Shown here: piece by piece, positions 1 through 14,400 of the stretch
Layout of the letters: each line of letters opens with the position of its first letter
How positions within the stretch are numbered: the first letter of the stretch is position 1
Source of the DNA: Amphiscolops sp. MND2022
Lineage: Eukaryota
Assembly (NCBI GenBank): GCA_964187785.1
Contig: OZ076409.1
Coordinates: forward strand, 52,206,001 to 52,270,000
Reading direction: 5' to 3'
Length of the DNA stretch: 64,000 bases
Made by a program: the position numbers and the translations under genes
The notes under the pieces: generated by a model
What the model saw: the letters and a program-made list of their open reading frames with translations, nothing else
Database searches by the model: none
What the model was told of the DNA's origin: nothing

Positions 1-221
1 AAGTGGAATTCAGTTTGATGCTGGGGAAATGAGTATACAGCCTCCGCTTTTGTAATACACTAGGAGAAAGAATATCGTCATCTGTTGTGCCAGAAATGTA
101 TAATGTTTGTTCATCAGGATACTTACGATTATCAGTGCAAGTTTCAGTTACTATAGTGGGAGGTTTTTCCGAAAGTTTGGATGCATAAGAGGGTTTATTG
201 GTATTAAACGAGGTTACTAAT

Positions 222-2008
222 TGTCGCAGGCTGCCGCCTATGATGACACTGATTATACAAATTCGGCCGCCAAGCAGGAAAAAACACCCGGAACTCTCCC
301 CATTTAGTGAAACACAAACTAGTGAGTTATCGTAATCGTTCAAATTAGTTTGTTGAACTCTGTTGAAAACACTGTTGCTATTTTATACTTTTAGTCTGTT
401 AAAGTATTACGATTTGGAAGTATCCAAATCAGGCAGTTGATCTATTAGAATAGAGTAAGTGCAAGATGAAACTCAGAAGAAGCTAAGATGAATTGAAAGC
501 AACTAATCCGCAGAAAGGAAACGTGTTCAAATGCAGAAACGTCGTTTCTCGGCGTCGATGCTCTCAGCACACCAAACAACCAATCAAACTACTCCATTTA
601 TTGTACTCAGTGTATATTCAATAAATTGGCCGGATACGGCCGTTTGACGCTGCTATGTAATTATTGAACAGGACAATAGGATAATGACCGGTTTGGGCCA
701 TTCTCTTAATTCATTGCTTAAAATAAATCTAAGATGGAAAGATGTATGTCCTGATAATCATGTGCTACGCCCATCCAAACACCTTGCAATTAGTTGCTAA
801 ACGCAATCGAGTGTTTTCAATTGAATGGTGATAATTTTTGACCACCAGTCTAATCACCTACTCTGGCCACAATCATTGTTGCATTCTTTGGCCAAATAAC
901 CGGTTTGGGCTATAATACCATAACTTCTCGAGCATGAAATTTTTATAGTGGGTCTTTGAACTGCATACTCAGGCACGTGCTTACTAGTGCCTTACATTCT
1001 TTGAAGTGCTTTCAAGTGCTAACACCGATGATTAAACAAACCTAAATATTTGCTTTCCATTATTTTAAATTATTCCGCCCACTTTGAAGCGCCTATTTGT
1101 ATTCAATAAAACTCATTTCGCGTATTACTAGGAAGCACCTTAGCTTGATGTGATGTTGCCATAATTGACCACCATTTAATTCCAATATGTAAGGAATGTG
1201 AAGTATTGCCGAAATATTTTTGTTGCTACAGCTTCGTGTTTGTTATTTTGCCTGTCCTGCCAAATAAGTAAAATATGTGTTTGCCATTCCAACGGGGGAA
1301 TATATACCTATGGTCCCATTAGAAGACACAGTTTTTTTGCTTTACTTGATACAATTCAGTTGATTTTGTAAATCTGTAATATCTGACTAACTTTTAGAAC
1401 AAGATTATTTCATATTTTTTATCTTTCGGATACTTATCGATGCCTACTACTATGAAACAAAAGAAAGCTAGAAAGTCAAGGGGACTGGAGATGCTCTCGG
1501 ATTTGAGGAATCTAGATATAAGGCTATGTGAAAACCATTTTATCCCCAGAAAAAGGGATGAGAGTTTAAACACCAACCTTGCTAGAGGGCCTGAAAGTGC
1601 AGTTAGCAAGGATTTCGGAAACCAAGGCGAGGATACTCATTTGAACCCGGGTATTGCCAATTTAGGTCTTAATACCAAATTTGACCGAAATTGAGCAACT
1701 GTGAACTTTAACTATGAGATCAATAGACTGTCGAGTGAACTGAATTCTAGGATATTTAGGGAGATGGATGAGATGATGAACAGTGTCAAGGTTCGAATCC
1801 AAAGAGCCATTTGTGATGCCATTAGTAATCATGTTTTACCACAGATTCAAATGCCATCTTGGCCAGTTCAAGAGAGGATGGAACTTTCCGGCTGAGAGAC
1901 CAAAAATTAATCCCAATGATTACTGCAGTGAGAAAACTGAAGGAAACTTTAGAAGTGAGCTTACACGTGATTGTTTGCTCGACAATATTCAAGAACAAGC
2001 TTACGACA
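222..2008 (+). repeat. 5' LTR of element 1 (~1.79 kb), containing the gag start codon
   Basis: TG...CA termini. Both ends and internal blocks match the TSD-flanked solo LTR at 19311-20981 (TGT(C/A)GCAGGCTGCCGCCT start, GCTTACGACA end). Confidence 0.85.
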
Positions 2009-4945
2009 TGATGGCAGGAGAAAATGAATCTCCAATCCCAGTTCCTGAGTTTCTCACGGGACGGATGCCATCACGAAGCCATCTCAACCAATCACATGAT
2101 GAACTCAATCCCCTACCCGACACGACAATCCCAGAGCAAGAGAGAACCGCACCGGCTACAGAATCAGATCCAATTAGCAGACTAGCTGATGTCTTGACAA
2201 ATATGCAGAATCGTCCAACAGCCCAACAACTCACTATTCGTCCTGTCAGCTATAACACAACGACCTTTGACGGCAAAAGCGAGAAGTTCGAGCTGTTAGA
2301 GGATCTTTTCCACACCATGATCGAGATGCTGCCCGATACGTCTGAGCAGATGAAAATCAACCACTTTCACTCACTTCTTTAGCAAAATGCGTTACAGACA
2401 TTCAGAAACATTAGCACAGACAAAAGACAAATTCTTGAAGAGGTATTAGTCGTCTTCAGACGCAATTACGTCCAGCCTGAGTCACAAGCGACTGCCAAAC
2501 ATAAATGGCACCGCTTGATCTTCGACCCCAACACAATGAAGTTACCAGACTTCCTTGAAGAGTTGAAGCAAGGCGCAGATAAATCGTTCGGAGACAACAC
2601 CCAAAAAATGATTGACTGACTCTTATACGCAAAACTGCCGCCAAAGCTCAAATGATCAGTCAACCTGGCCAGACTGGCAAATGGCTCTTATGAGGAGATA
2701 GTTGCTCACTAGGAGAGAGAGCTTGAGCTTCACGCCCTTGTGGAGTCAGATAACCTACCAGTCGCAACGATGACCTCTTCAACTTCTAAGCCTAAAACTT
2801 TTCTCTCCACTGGGCAAACGTCCGACATCACCTGCAATTACTGCAAGGAAAAAGGGCGACATGGTCAAAGACTGCAAGAAACTCGAAAAGAGAAAAGAAA
2901 AAGATGCCCACCAAGGCAAATCGACTCAGAAGAAAACTTATCCTGATTGTGGGACGTGTGGAAAGAAAAACCACTCTGAGGAAAAATGTTGGCAAGGCGC
3001 AGGTGCGCACCTCAATCCCAAACGCAGCAGATCTGAAGATTCAAATGACAACAATCCAGATTCTAAAGTGCAAAAACCTCAGCACAAACCAACAGCGTCC
3101 AATTCCCAATCTTCATCCAAGACTGATGATTCAAAAAAGTAGCTTCGCCACACTTCCAATTTAACCAACTAGTATCAGTCCGACACAACATCTGATCGGA
3201 TCCTCCAAGACAAACTTTTCATAACTATAAACATCAATTGATGGGCTATCCCTCTGTTGTCTGGCAGCAACAGATGGAAAAGGCTATCATTATCACTTAT
3301 AATAACACTCGTTTGTATCAAAAACCAATTCCTGTTTGGAAGCCTGACTATACAACAACGTTCACAACCCAATTCAGGCCCATTCCGTTGATCGACGACT
3401 ACAATCCAACGAATATCGACCCAGACAGTGGCAGAGATCCCTTTTGGGACACTGAGATCTATAACCAGGATCTATAACCTTACAATTCCGATAGACGACA
3501 TCGAGCACTTCAAAACAACAGTACACGAAAACCCTCCAATAACACACGATGAAAAGACTAGAGCACTGATTGAAAACTGGCACATGAACGATGGCACTAA
3601 CCATCCAGTGTTCCCAAACCCATTGGGAACCGAGACCGCTGAAATCTCTGATACGACAACTACACAATCTCTGTTGGATGAGAAACAATTCCAAAACGTC
3701 CTTATCACCAAAGACGGTGAACCTGATTGTATAGCGTTATCGACCAATATCAACCTCAAATGCAAGAGGCGAATGTTCTACTTCACAAATTAACTATCGA
3801 CGGCCTAATCGACACTGGGGCATTATCCAGTGCAATTCCTGAAATGGACCTCCAGAAAGTTCTACTCTTATCTCCACAATCGGTTATCCGAGAATGTCCA
3901 TCTTCGAATTTTCAGATCATGGTCGCAAATGGACAATTAGAGACCCCTAAAAGCACAATTGAGCTTAAATTTGAGGTTGGTGACATCGAATTCCATGGAA
4001 TATTCATAGTAAAGGAGCATTTGACAGGACCAATCATCAGACTACTGTTCCTTCAACAAAACCATACAGTTCTGGACATGAGACAAGGAATTTTGAAATT
4101 CCCGTTCTTCTTTATGCAGCTAAAAACAGCTGATCACCGATATTGCAACGTCTTGGAACCAATTTTCAATCCGACAAAAAGGAATATTCCCACGAATGAC
4201 AGAGTCCTAATCAGGACAAATTCCCTACTTAACCCTGAAAATGCGGTCACTGTGATACTGCAACAGAGCGACCTTCTACACGAGGATAGCGACATTACCT
4301 TTTGCCCAGCTTTGGTCACTCTGAGCGATGGCAATATATCGACACCTGTGAATAACTTCACGGATCACCCTTATAAGCTCGAAAAAGGACTTCATATTGC
4401 TAGCTTTTCTGTTATGACGCCAGAACAAATGAAATACGTCAAACCAGTTGATCCGGCATCGACCTGGCATCTCTTGCAAAACGACCAATAGCAGGCAGTT
4501 CATTATGTCAGCAGCCTCATCAAGACCAATAAAAATTCACAGAATACAGAAAATTATTAGTTTCCAACTCCGGAAAACCCAAATAACCCGGAGGAGCACA
4601 CACCCATCCAGAAACGAGTACTACGAGAAGTACAAGCCTTACAAGACCTGGAGACCCTTGATCCCTTAAAAGATACGGAATCTCGGGCAAAGTTCCTAGA
4701 AAATTTTGATTGGAAAGACTCCACTCTGACTCCTAAAGACAAGGAGAAAATTGAAGACTTGCTAGTGGAATTCCATGATATTTTTGCAAAACACAGATTC
4801 GATATGGGCATTAATGAGGACTTCAAGGTTAAATTGTCACCCAAGGACGATTCCCCAGCCTATAGTTAAAGCCTCCCAGCACCAATAAATTTCAAGGAGG
4901 ACATTTTAGTCGAAATAACCTTGTTGCACAAGTATGGAATCATTA
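1440..4945 (+). pseudogene. gag-pol: Disrupted gag-pro-pol (first copy) of element 1
   Basis: ORF pieces 1440-1694, 1701-1895, 1783-2382 (FDGKSEKFEL), 2740-3142 (CNYC..H..C and CGTC..H..C), 3727-4491 (DTGA protease). Confidence 0.88.
2009..2020 (+). promoter_or_regulatory. Primer-binding site (degenerate) of element 1
   Basis: TGATGGCAGGAG directly after the LTR-terminal CA; 2 mismatches to the element-4 PBS TGGTGACAGGAG. Confidence 0.65.
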
Positions 4946-4960
4946 TGGTATGGAATCATA

Positions 4961-7900
4961 ACACACAATGAAGTTACCAGACTTCCTTGAAGAGTTGAAT
5001 CAAGGCGCAGAAAAAGCGTTCGGAGACAACACCCAAAAAATGATTGACAGTCTCTTATAGGCAAAACTGCCGCCAAAGCTCAAATGATCAATCAACATGG
5101 CCAGACTGGCAAATGGCTCTTATGAGGAGATAGTTGCTCACTAGGAGAGAGAGCTTGAGCTTCACGCCCTTGAGAAGTCAGATAACCTACCAGTGGCAAC
5201 GATGACCTCCTCAACTTCTAAGCCTAAAAGTTTTCTCTCCACTGGGCAAACGTCCGACATCACCAGCAATTACTGCAAGGAAAAAAGCCACATGGTCAAA
5301 GACTGCGAGAAACTCGAAAAGAGGAAAAAAAGATGCCCAACTAGGCAAATTGACTCAGAAGAAGATTTATCCTGAGTGTGGGACGTGTGGCAAGAAAAAC
5401 CACCCTGAGGAAAAATGTTGGCAAGGCGCAGGTGCGCACCTCAATCCCAAACGCAGCAGATCTGAAGATTCAAATGACAACAATCCAGATTCTAAAGTGC
5501 AAAAACCTCAGCACAAACCAACAACGTCCAATTCCCAATCTTCATCCAAGACTGATGATTCAAAAAACTAGCTTCGCCACAACTCCAATTTACCCAACTA
5601 TTATCAGTCCGACAAAACATCAGATCGGATCCTCCAACACAAATTTTTAATAACTATGAACATCAAGTGATGTGCTATCCCTCTGTTGTCTGGCAGCAAC
5701 AGATGGAAAATGCTATCATTATCACCTATAATAAAACTCGTTTGTATCAAAAACCAAATTCTGTTTGGGCGCTTGACTATACAACAACGTTCACTACCCG
5801 ATTCAGGCCCATTCCGTTGATCGACGACTATATTCCAACGTATATCGACCAAGACAATGGCAGAGATCCCTTTTGGGACACTGAGATCTATAACCAGGAT
5901 CTATTACAATTTCAATACGTCCTAGACGACATCGAGCACTTCAAAACAACAGTACACGAAAACCCTCCAATAAAACACGATGAAAAGACTAGAGCACTGA
6001 TTGAAAACAGGCACATGAGCGATGGCACTAACCATCCAGTGTTCCCAAACCCATTGGGAACCGAGACCGCTGAAATCTCTGATAAGATAACTACACAATC
6101 TCTGTTGGATGAGAAACAATTCCAAAACGTCCTTATCACCAAAGACGGTGAACCAGATTGTATACCGTTATCGACCAATATCAACCTCAAATGCAACAGG
6201 CGAATGTTCTACTTCACAAATTAACTATCGACGGCCTAATCGACACTGGGGCATTATCCAGTGCAATTCCTGAAATGGACCTCCAGAAAACTCTACTCTT
6301 ATCTCCACAATCGGTTATCCGAGAATGTCCATCTTCGAATTTTCAGATCATGGTGACAAATGGACAATTAGAGACCCCTAAAAGCACAATTGAGCTTAAA
6401 TTTGAGGTTGGTGACATCGAATTCCATGGAATATTCATAGTAATGGAGAAAATGACAGGACCAATCATCAGACTACTGTTCCTTCAACAAAACCATACAG
6501 TTCTGGACATGAGACAAGAAATTTTGAAATTCCCGTTCTTCTATATGCAGCTAAAAACAGCTGATCACCGATATTCCAACGTCTTGGAACCAATTTTCAA
6601 TCCGACAGAAAAGAATATTCCCACGAATGACAGAGTCCTAATCAGGACAAAATCCCTACTTTACCCTGAAAATGCGGTCACTGGGATACTGCAAACGAGC
6701 GACCTTCTACACGAGGAAGGCGACATTACCTTTTGCCCAGCTTTGGTCACTCTGAACGATGGCAATATATCGACACCTGTGAATAACTTCACGGATCACC
6801 CTTATAAGCTCGAAAAAGGACTTCATATTGCTAGCTTTTCTGTTATGACGCCAGAACAAATGAAATACGTCAAACCAGGTGATCCGGCATCGACCTGGCA
6901 TCTCTTGCAAAACGATCAAGAGCAGGCAGTTCATTATGGCAGCAGCCTCATCAAGACCAATAAAAATTCACAGAATACAGAAAATTATTGGTTCTCAACT
7001 CCGGAAAACCCAGGTAACACGGAGGAGCACACACCTATCCAGAAACGAATACTACGAGAACTACAAGCCTTACAAGACCTTGAGACCCTTGATTCCACAA
7101 AAGATACGGAATCTCGGGCAAAGTTCCTAGAAAATTTTGACTGGAAAGACTCCACTCTGACTCCTGAAGACAAGGAGAAAATTGAAGACTTGCTAGTGGA
7201 ATTCCATGATATTTTTGCAAGACACAGATTCGATATGAGCATGAATGAGGAATTCAAGGTGAAATTGACACCCAAGGACGATTCCCCAGCCTATAGCCAA
7301 AGCCTCCCAGCACCAATAATTTTCAAGGGGGACATTTTAGTCGAAATAACTTTGTTGCACAAGTATGGATTCATTACTACCCTACCATTTTCAAAGTATG
7401 CTAGCCCGATATTTGCCTAAAAGAAACAAAATGGGAAACTACGACTCTTGGTTGACTTGAGAGATATCAACAATCTAATCTCGGATGGTTATACAAAAAA
7501 TATCACCCTGTCAGTACCCTAGTCAAGGCTGCCCAGCATATGGCAGGCATAATTTTTTTGCAAATTAGACTGTTCGCAGGCGTATCATTGCCTTCACATG
7601 GCTGACCAACGATCAATCGAAATGCTGGCCTTCAATTTCGCCAGCCGCACGTTTGCCTACAGACGTTCAGCACAAAGCCTTAGTAGGGCACTGTCCGCAT
7701 TTTGAGCTTTATGAGGGAATATCTTGATAAAGTTATCAAAGCGGATCAGTGTGCCCAGTACGTGGACAATATCGGCATCGCAGCCAATGATGCTGATTAC
7801 CTCATTGTCAACCTGGGAGCAACTTTCAAATGCATTCAGGAAGCAGGCCTTAAATTGACGATGCACAAATGTCATTTCGGCGCAACAGAAATTGATTTCC

Positions 7901-8490
7901 TTGGAGGAACGAATACCCCACAAGGCGTTAAACCCCAGAAGCAGAGCGTGCAGAACTTCCTTGAAAAAACCACATTTTCGAAATCGAAAAAGGCTCTGCA
8001 ACGCTGTTTGGGATTTTTAAACTACTACAGAAATCACGTCCCAAGACGGTCCGAACGCCTTGCCCCATTCTACAAGATGCTGAAAAGTGACGAAAAAGTC
8101 ATAGTTTTGAAAGAATTGGTTCAACAATTTAAAGAAATTAACAGAGCACTCGACAAATGTTGCGACTTGGCCCTACAGCAACCAATTCCAAACAAACAAA
8201 TCGCAGTAATGACAGATGCGAGTTTTGGTGCAGCTGGATATACAATCCTAACTGTAGATGATCCAAATCAGAAATTCACATCAATCCAAAGTCGTACGCG
8301 CCGGTCGCTTATGGTTCAAAAACTTTCACCCCAGCCCAGATGAAGATGTCCAACTACGCAAAACAATTTTTTGCGATTGATTTTTGCATTCTAAGAAATT
8401 GGGCATATTTTCTGGGATGCGCCGGAACCGGTCATTATACTAACTGACAATAAAGCCAACACTCGATTTCTCCAAACGAAAATCGTACCC
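4961..8490 (+). pseudogene. pol: Disrupted second copy of gag 3' half/protease continuing into RT-RNase H
   Basis: Repeats 2530-4945, then continues via ORFs 6158-7420 and 7702-8343 with RT and RNase H motifs homologous to pol at 56274-59360. Confidence 0.88.
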
Positions 8491-8499
8491 CTCTGGGAA

Positions 8500-11400
8500 T
8501 GCTTGCCATCAGAAGGACTCATGCTTGGGCATGCAATTTGGTCTGAAAACGTGTAGGGAGGAATCAAGCAGCCGAGCGTACAAAAGTAATCATTAGATAA
8601 ATGAACGAAAAGTCATGATAGTATACATAACAAAGATACGAATAAAAGGTGGAGGTCTTATAAACTCCATGAGTCACGTGTGAAAATATCCATAGTCACG
8701 TGTAAACGTCGTAAAGGTTACGCAGAGGATGTTCAGGGTCGATTATAGAGAAGTGAACCTCAGAAGCATCATGCTTTACTAGTGTAATTATTAAAAATTC
8801 AAGACAGGAAAGGAGGATGTCTGCTGTCATTGGGCAGCGTGGAGTTGATCTAGTTATCAACAAATGAATCGTTTGAGGTATTCCATTGATTTCGACTGCA
8901 ACCTCCGGTCGTAAACTAAATATTGAATCGGAGTTATGTTCACGAAAGATAAATCGAAGGGCAGCTGCATTGGTTTCTAGATTGACAGGGCAGCACAATC
9001 AATATGGTGTGGGGCTTGCAGAAAATCTGTCTGGTCATAATTGATGTAATCCACCAACTGTGGGCGAAGAGCATTAGGGTAGATAATTTCTCACCCAAGT
9101 TCGTGGTCCAATATGCTCGAGCCAGGTCCGACGCGACATTTGATGGTGGTAAAGTCCTGCCATACCGATCGTGGTAGAGAGCGATTCTCGACGTTTGCAC
9201 GTGACCATACGTGTAAGGCTCTCAAAGCTGATTGAATAGAAACAGGTGGAGAGAATGTATGTGTCCATTCGTCCAGGAATCGAATACGAGGAAATTGAGG
9301 AAGAATAGATATTATCAGTTCAAACTACCATTGGAATTTCACTTTACCACGATACAAACTGACTACATGAAAACAAAGGATAAAATCTGGTGTTTTGGTA
9401 GTACGGAGGTTTTCAAGACAGCTACGCAAGCTGTTGGGGTGTACCAAGTCTGATATTCGATTAGCGGTGATCAATAGCCACCAATGTCGCACAGGTTGGT
9501 ACATATCACCAGCGCGTGCTATTGTTCCATACTTGCTGTGGAGCAGATCGGCAGTAATGCAACGTACCATATGAACCAGCTCTCTTTCTTAATTGAAAGG
9601 TCCAAAAGCAATATTGGAGGGTGCTGGTGGAATGGTGACTGGCAAAGAAGATTCAAGACCGTAGTTATCGTGGGTCCATTCCTTAAATCTGGGAAAAGGA
9701 ACTCTAGTCACTTCAGACTCATTCAACTTTGTCATGATATGTTCTATAGAGAATGACAGAGACCGTTCGAACCCGTATAGGTCTCTTCAGTGCGTATGAC
9801 TAATCGACTCACCATAAAGGATGTCATGGTTTCGTTGATCGCCAGGACTCCCCGGGGTCGTTTCGGGTCATGACCGTCAATCAAGGCGTTGCAAGTACAA
9901 TCACGTAATCCGCAGGTTCCACAAAGATAGCGTGGGCCTCGATCACGTCGCAGCCCATATCGTAGGTTAATAGGTGGTGGGGCAGATGACCCTTGGTCAG
10001 TGGTTACGAGGGCACTAGGGTCAGAGACATCAGAACCAGATGTCGATGATGCAGTTTGTTGGATAGGAGTAGGAGCCTTTTCAGGTGGACGACCTCTGGG
10101 ACGTCCTTTTTTACGTATACCTCTGCAATGACCTTGCATTGGTCTATTTTTACCGGTGGTAGTGCTTGCTAGTGGTCGTCTCCTGGGTTTGCGGTCTCGT
10201 TGAGTATTTGCAGAAGATACGTGGCCGGGGGCATCCATGAAACCTGTTGCTTTTTTTCGTGAAGCCGTCGGAATTGTGGTTTGTGGATCATGGGTTATAA
10301 GTTGATCCAGTTGTGGCCATATCGGGAAATTGCTGCAAAAATCTGTTGGGGATGGATTGGCTAGTAGTGGGGCTGAAGTGCTAATTAATGAAGTTCCAGC
10401 TTCGCTGACAATTTGCTGAATTTCTCGTTCGTTGAGAGATGCTTCTACCACTTCGTGTTCCGAAAAGAGGGTTTCGGCTTTATTGGGTGTGGTCAGAGGC
10501 ATTTCGGTTGATGGCATTGCAAGAGTTTCAGGGTGATTTACTAGTTCCTGTTCCTCATTGGTTTCCGTTGCGGCACTAGAGAGGAGGACATTTGGTGACT
10601 CCTCATCCGTGTCGGGTGAGGAGCAAAATTGTTGATAATTTTGTTTTTGTCTGTGTGGTAGGGAGGTATTGCTTACCTCCGAAATTGGTTCCTCCTCATG
10701 GTAGGATGGCTGTTAAGCATCATCAGGAATTTCTTCAAGAGATTTTTCCGGCTCTGGGTCCATAAAGACAGCTACGTCGCCATTGTTAGTAGGAATAGTA
10801 GCCCACTCGGTTGGTCCGCTGTGGTGCGGTTTCAATCGTTCAAAGTGTATTTTCTGTTTCGAATCTAGAACTTATTTACATCCTTCCTGTAGCACTCGTG
10901 CTACTTTATGATGACCACGCCATGCCCGCATCAACTTGGGTGTTCCCTTTTGAAGAACATAACAACAAAAGACCCATACAAGTTCTACCACTGAGTAAGC
11001 TTTGGCGCGGATATTCTGGTCATACTTCAGTTTCTGACGTTTTTGAGCTTGGTGTACATTGCGTCGTACCAGGTCGTGGATTTCCTGTTGCCTGGCAATG
11101 ATGTGATCAAAATAGGCTTCATGGGACTCGAAGAATTTTGTGGGAAATTCTTGATACAAATAGGTGAGTGGTATTGCTTTTTCTGTTCCTCTGGTTAGCA
11201 TGTATGGGAAAACCAGTAGTCACTTGACGTGTCGAGTTATATGCACCCATCAGTTCGTCCAACTGTAGATCCCAATCTCTCATGCGTCTAGAGCAAAATA
11301 CTCTAAGAAGTGTCAGCAGGGTTCGATTTTGACGTTCCAATAATCCCTGGGTTCTGGGATGCTCAGCAGTTGAGGTTTTTTAGATGACCTGGGATGCTCG

Positions 11401-14400
11401 CTTGAAATCGCTAGACACTTCAGCGGTCAGGTTGGGGTCGTTGTCCGACGATTGCATTCGTGTTGGTTCCATAACGGGCAAACCACTTCTGCAATAAAAG
11501 TTTCGAGGTCGTTGCCGCATTGTAATCTTCATGATTGCATGGAACTCTCTCTGCAAATTTTGAGAAGTAATCAATTATGACCAAGATTCCCGTGTTTCTG
11601 TTGTCTGATACACAGATCATCAAGTGGTCATATTGTCCCATTTCATTGAAGTATCCACTCTGGATGTTCTTCAGGTAAAACCTTACGTTGCCGGGTTTGT
11701 CGCGTACCTGTTGGCAGGTTAGACATTGATTCACATACTGCCCAATAGATTTGCGGATGCATGGCTATGTGTGGCGTTCTTGGATTTTCGCTAACATCTC
11801 GGCGATGCCTTGATGACCCATCGCATCATGAACCTCGAGGAGAATTTCGTGTTGCGGCATGATGATCTTGCAGGGATGGGTATGCAGTACACGTTGATTC
11901 TTTGGATACTTTACGCATAATACGCCATTGGAATTGATAAGCAGAAGATCTATTTTTGCTCGTAGTAGTTTTTTGCGAAAACGCGCACGTTTACTGGGAA
12001 CATTTCGTTGTCTATAGATTCCTTTGCCACTAGCTTTTTGATTGCTAGAATGTGCACGTCTCGATTCTGTGCTAATAGCAAGTCCTTTAGGTCATGCACT
12101 GTGTTGGTGTGTTCATGAAGTTCTAGATAGCCAAACTCACTTCTTGCACATATTTGGGGGCAGCTTCAAGTGCCTGTTTTTTGGTTCCCGTTATAGAATA
12201 GGTACTTCTAGATGGGACGTTGGCTATGTGTGTTGTTAATAGATAGTCGTTTGTACATTCTTCAGTCAATTCGATCAAAATCTTCTGGATATTCAGGGTA
12301 GTTTTTCACAAGAAGTGATTCGTCCGTTGGCGGTATTGTGGGCAGCGGTGTTTTTAGTGCCTTTTCACGAGATGTTCAGAGCCCGGTTACGCGCCACCTT
12401 CAATGTTGTTTGTGGGTGTTTTTATCACAATTCTTGAGAAGCTCAGGTAGTTCTGGATGGTTTGGAATTACTCGTCCCTGAATATCGAACCTTGGTACCA
12501 GAGGAAGTTTATCATACTCTTCTTGAGATAGAAAATTTCACTTCTTCGCAATTAGGGGTTATTATCTCAGTTGTCGCTCATGCTTTGTGTCATTTGTTCG
12601 CTTGCTGAGTCAGTCTGCCTTTCAATGTTGTGTTCTTTGACGTTGTTGGATAGCAAAGTGGCATTTCTCTAGTGCCATGATCCATCGTCCAATAATGGCT
12701 TGGTCCGTGAATAGATTTTCAACCAGGCCATGGCCTGATTGTCCACTCTTAACGTGATTTTTCGAGGACATAGGTTGCTATTATTTTTCAGAATGATGTA
12801 ATATGCATCATACATCTCCAGTTTTGGAGCTCCGAATACTATTGGTCGCAGCTTTCTGTTATCAGGGGGTCCTTGCCACTGGTAAAGAATACCTGATATT
12901 GTCACACCGCTGACATCTTAATCGAGAACAAATTCTCCTTCGGAGTCTGGCTGCGCTAAAGCTGTGGCTTCGATGAGCCAAATTGATTCCGTTGAAAGCT
13001 TGTTGTTGCTCCTCCCCCCACAAAAATGGAGTGCCAGTGCCAGTGATCGCATGTAAGGGGGCAACCATTTTGCGTGCCAGGGAACAAAATCACGATAGTA
13101 GTTTGAAAGTGCCAAGAAACTTCGCCATTCGGTTCTGGTGCGAGGATTGTCCCCGTCGCGGAGCTCCGATACAGCTTTTGGATATTGTTTGATGCCTTCG
13201 GCTGATACTATGTGGCCAAGATCTTTGAACTCAGGTTTCAAGAAACAATATTCGGAGACACGCATTTTGAAGCCTGCCTGTCGTAAACATTGGAATACCT
13301 CGCGTAGTCGTTCCATGTGGTCTTCAATTGTCTCCGTAGCAAAAACAACATCAACGATGTAGGCCATGACCATGCTTCCTTCACGATTGACTGTTTTTTG
13401 TGGCGCTCGCGCTTTGGCACGTTGAAAAAATGCTGAAGCATTGCGCACTCCAAAAAGCATGCGGCACCACCCAAATAGCCCTAGTTCACACGCGAAAGCT
13501 ATCTTTTGTCGATTGGCTTTTCTCGTACTGGAATTTGTCAGATTGCCCATACAAGGTCGATACTGGTATAAATTTTTGCTTTGCCCTGTCGTGAGAGGCT
13601 TTCATCAATTCGGGGTAGTGGATAGGCATCTTGGATAGTGACTTCATTCAAGGGGAGGAAGTCGCAACACAAACGTAGTTCACCAGTCTTGTTTTTGACC
13701 ATAACGAAACCTCTTGCCCACGGAGATTCTGAAGGCTGGATCATGCCAAGTGCCAAGAGGTCACGTACCTCTTGGTTTGCGCGTTCTGTTTACTCTGGGG
13801 ACCTTCTGCGTGCACCTTTGCGATGGGGTACAGCTCCTGGTTCTATTTCCATCGGGTGTTTTGCAGTTTTACAATTACCAACATCAGCTTTATGTTTCAT
13901 AAAAAGATCATCAATTTCGGAAAAGAGTTTTTCGAGTGTGTCGCGGGCGGTCGAACACCATAAGATGCGGATTTCGTCGAGCTGCGCTTCCGGACCGGAA
14001 ATCGGGGCCAAAAGTGGCCGATCGATGCGTTTTTTGATTCCGCGTTCCGATAGACCGGGTTCGGACGGATCGGTAGACGATAAAAAACTCAAATTCAGAC
14101 AAAGAACTATATTGGGAACTAGTGTCTATGTTCATTTCTTCATAAATTTTATAAATAAAATTTGCAGCAGATTCATTTTCAGTTAGTTGCTCGCGAGCAA
14201 CCTGTGGGATACTTTTGTGAACTAAGATCACGGGTGCCGGCGTACCCAAAAAGGTACCCTCTTTGATCCTTTGAACGTTGCTTGTCAAGTTGCCTAAACT
14301 AACGTAAAGGGATGCCGTCTCTCCCACTGTGGCCACGGTGTCTTGTAAAAACATTGCTTGTTTCAGAACAAGAGTTGGCGTTTCAAAAATGATTAGGACA

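Larger units (their letters stand above)
222..8495 (+). mobile_element. Degenerate Ty3/Gypsy LTR retrotransposon (element 1), 3'-truncated within RNase H
   Basis: 5' LTR TGTCGC...TACGACA followed by a PBS-like site. Gag fragments with two CCHC knuckles, protease LIDTGA, RT (QYVDNI, FLNYYR), RNase H (TDASFGAAG). Many stops and frameshifts; no integrase or 3' LTR seen. End coordinate approximate. Confidence 0.9.
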
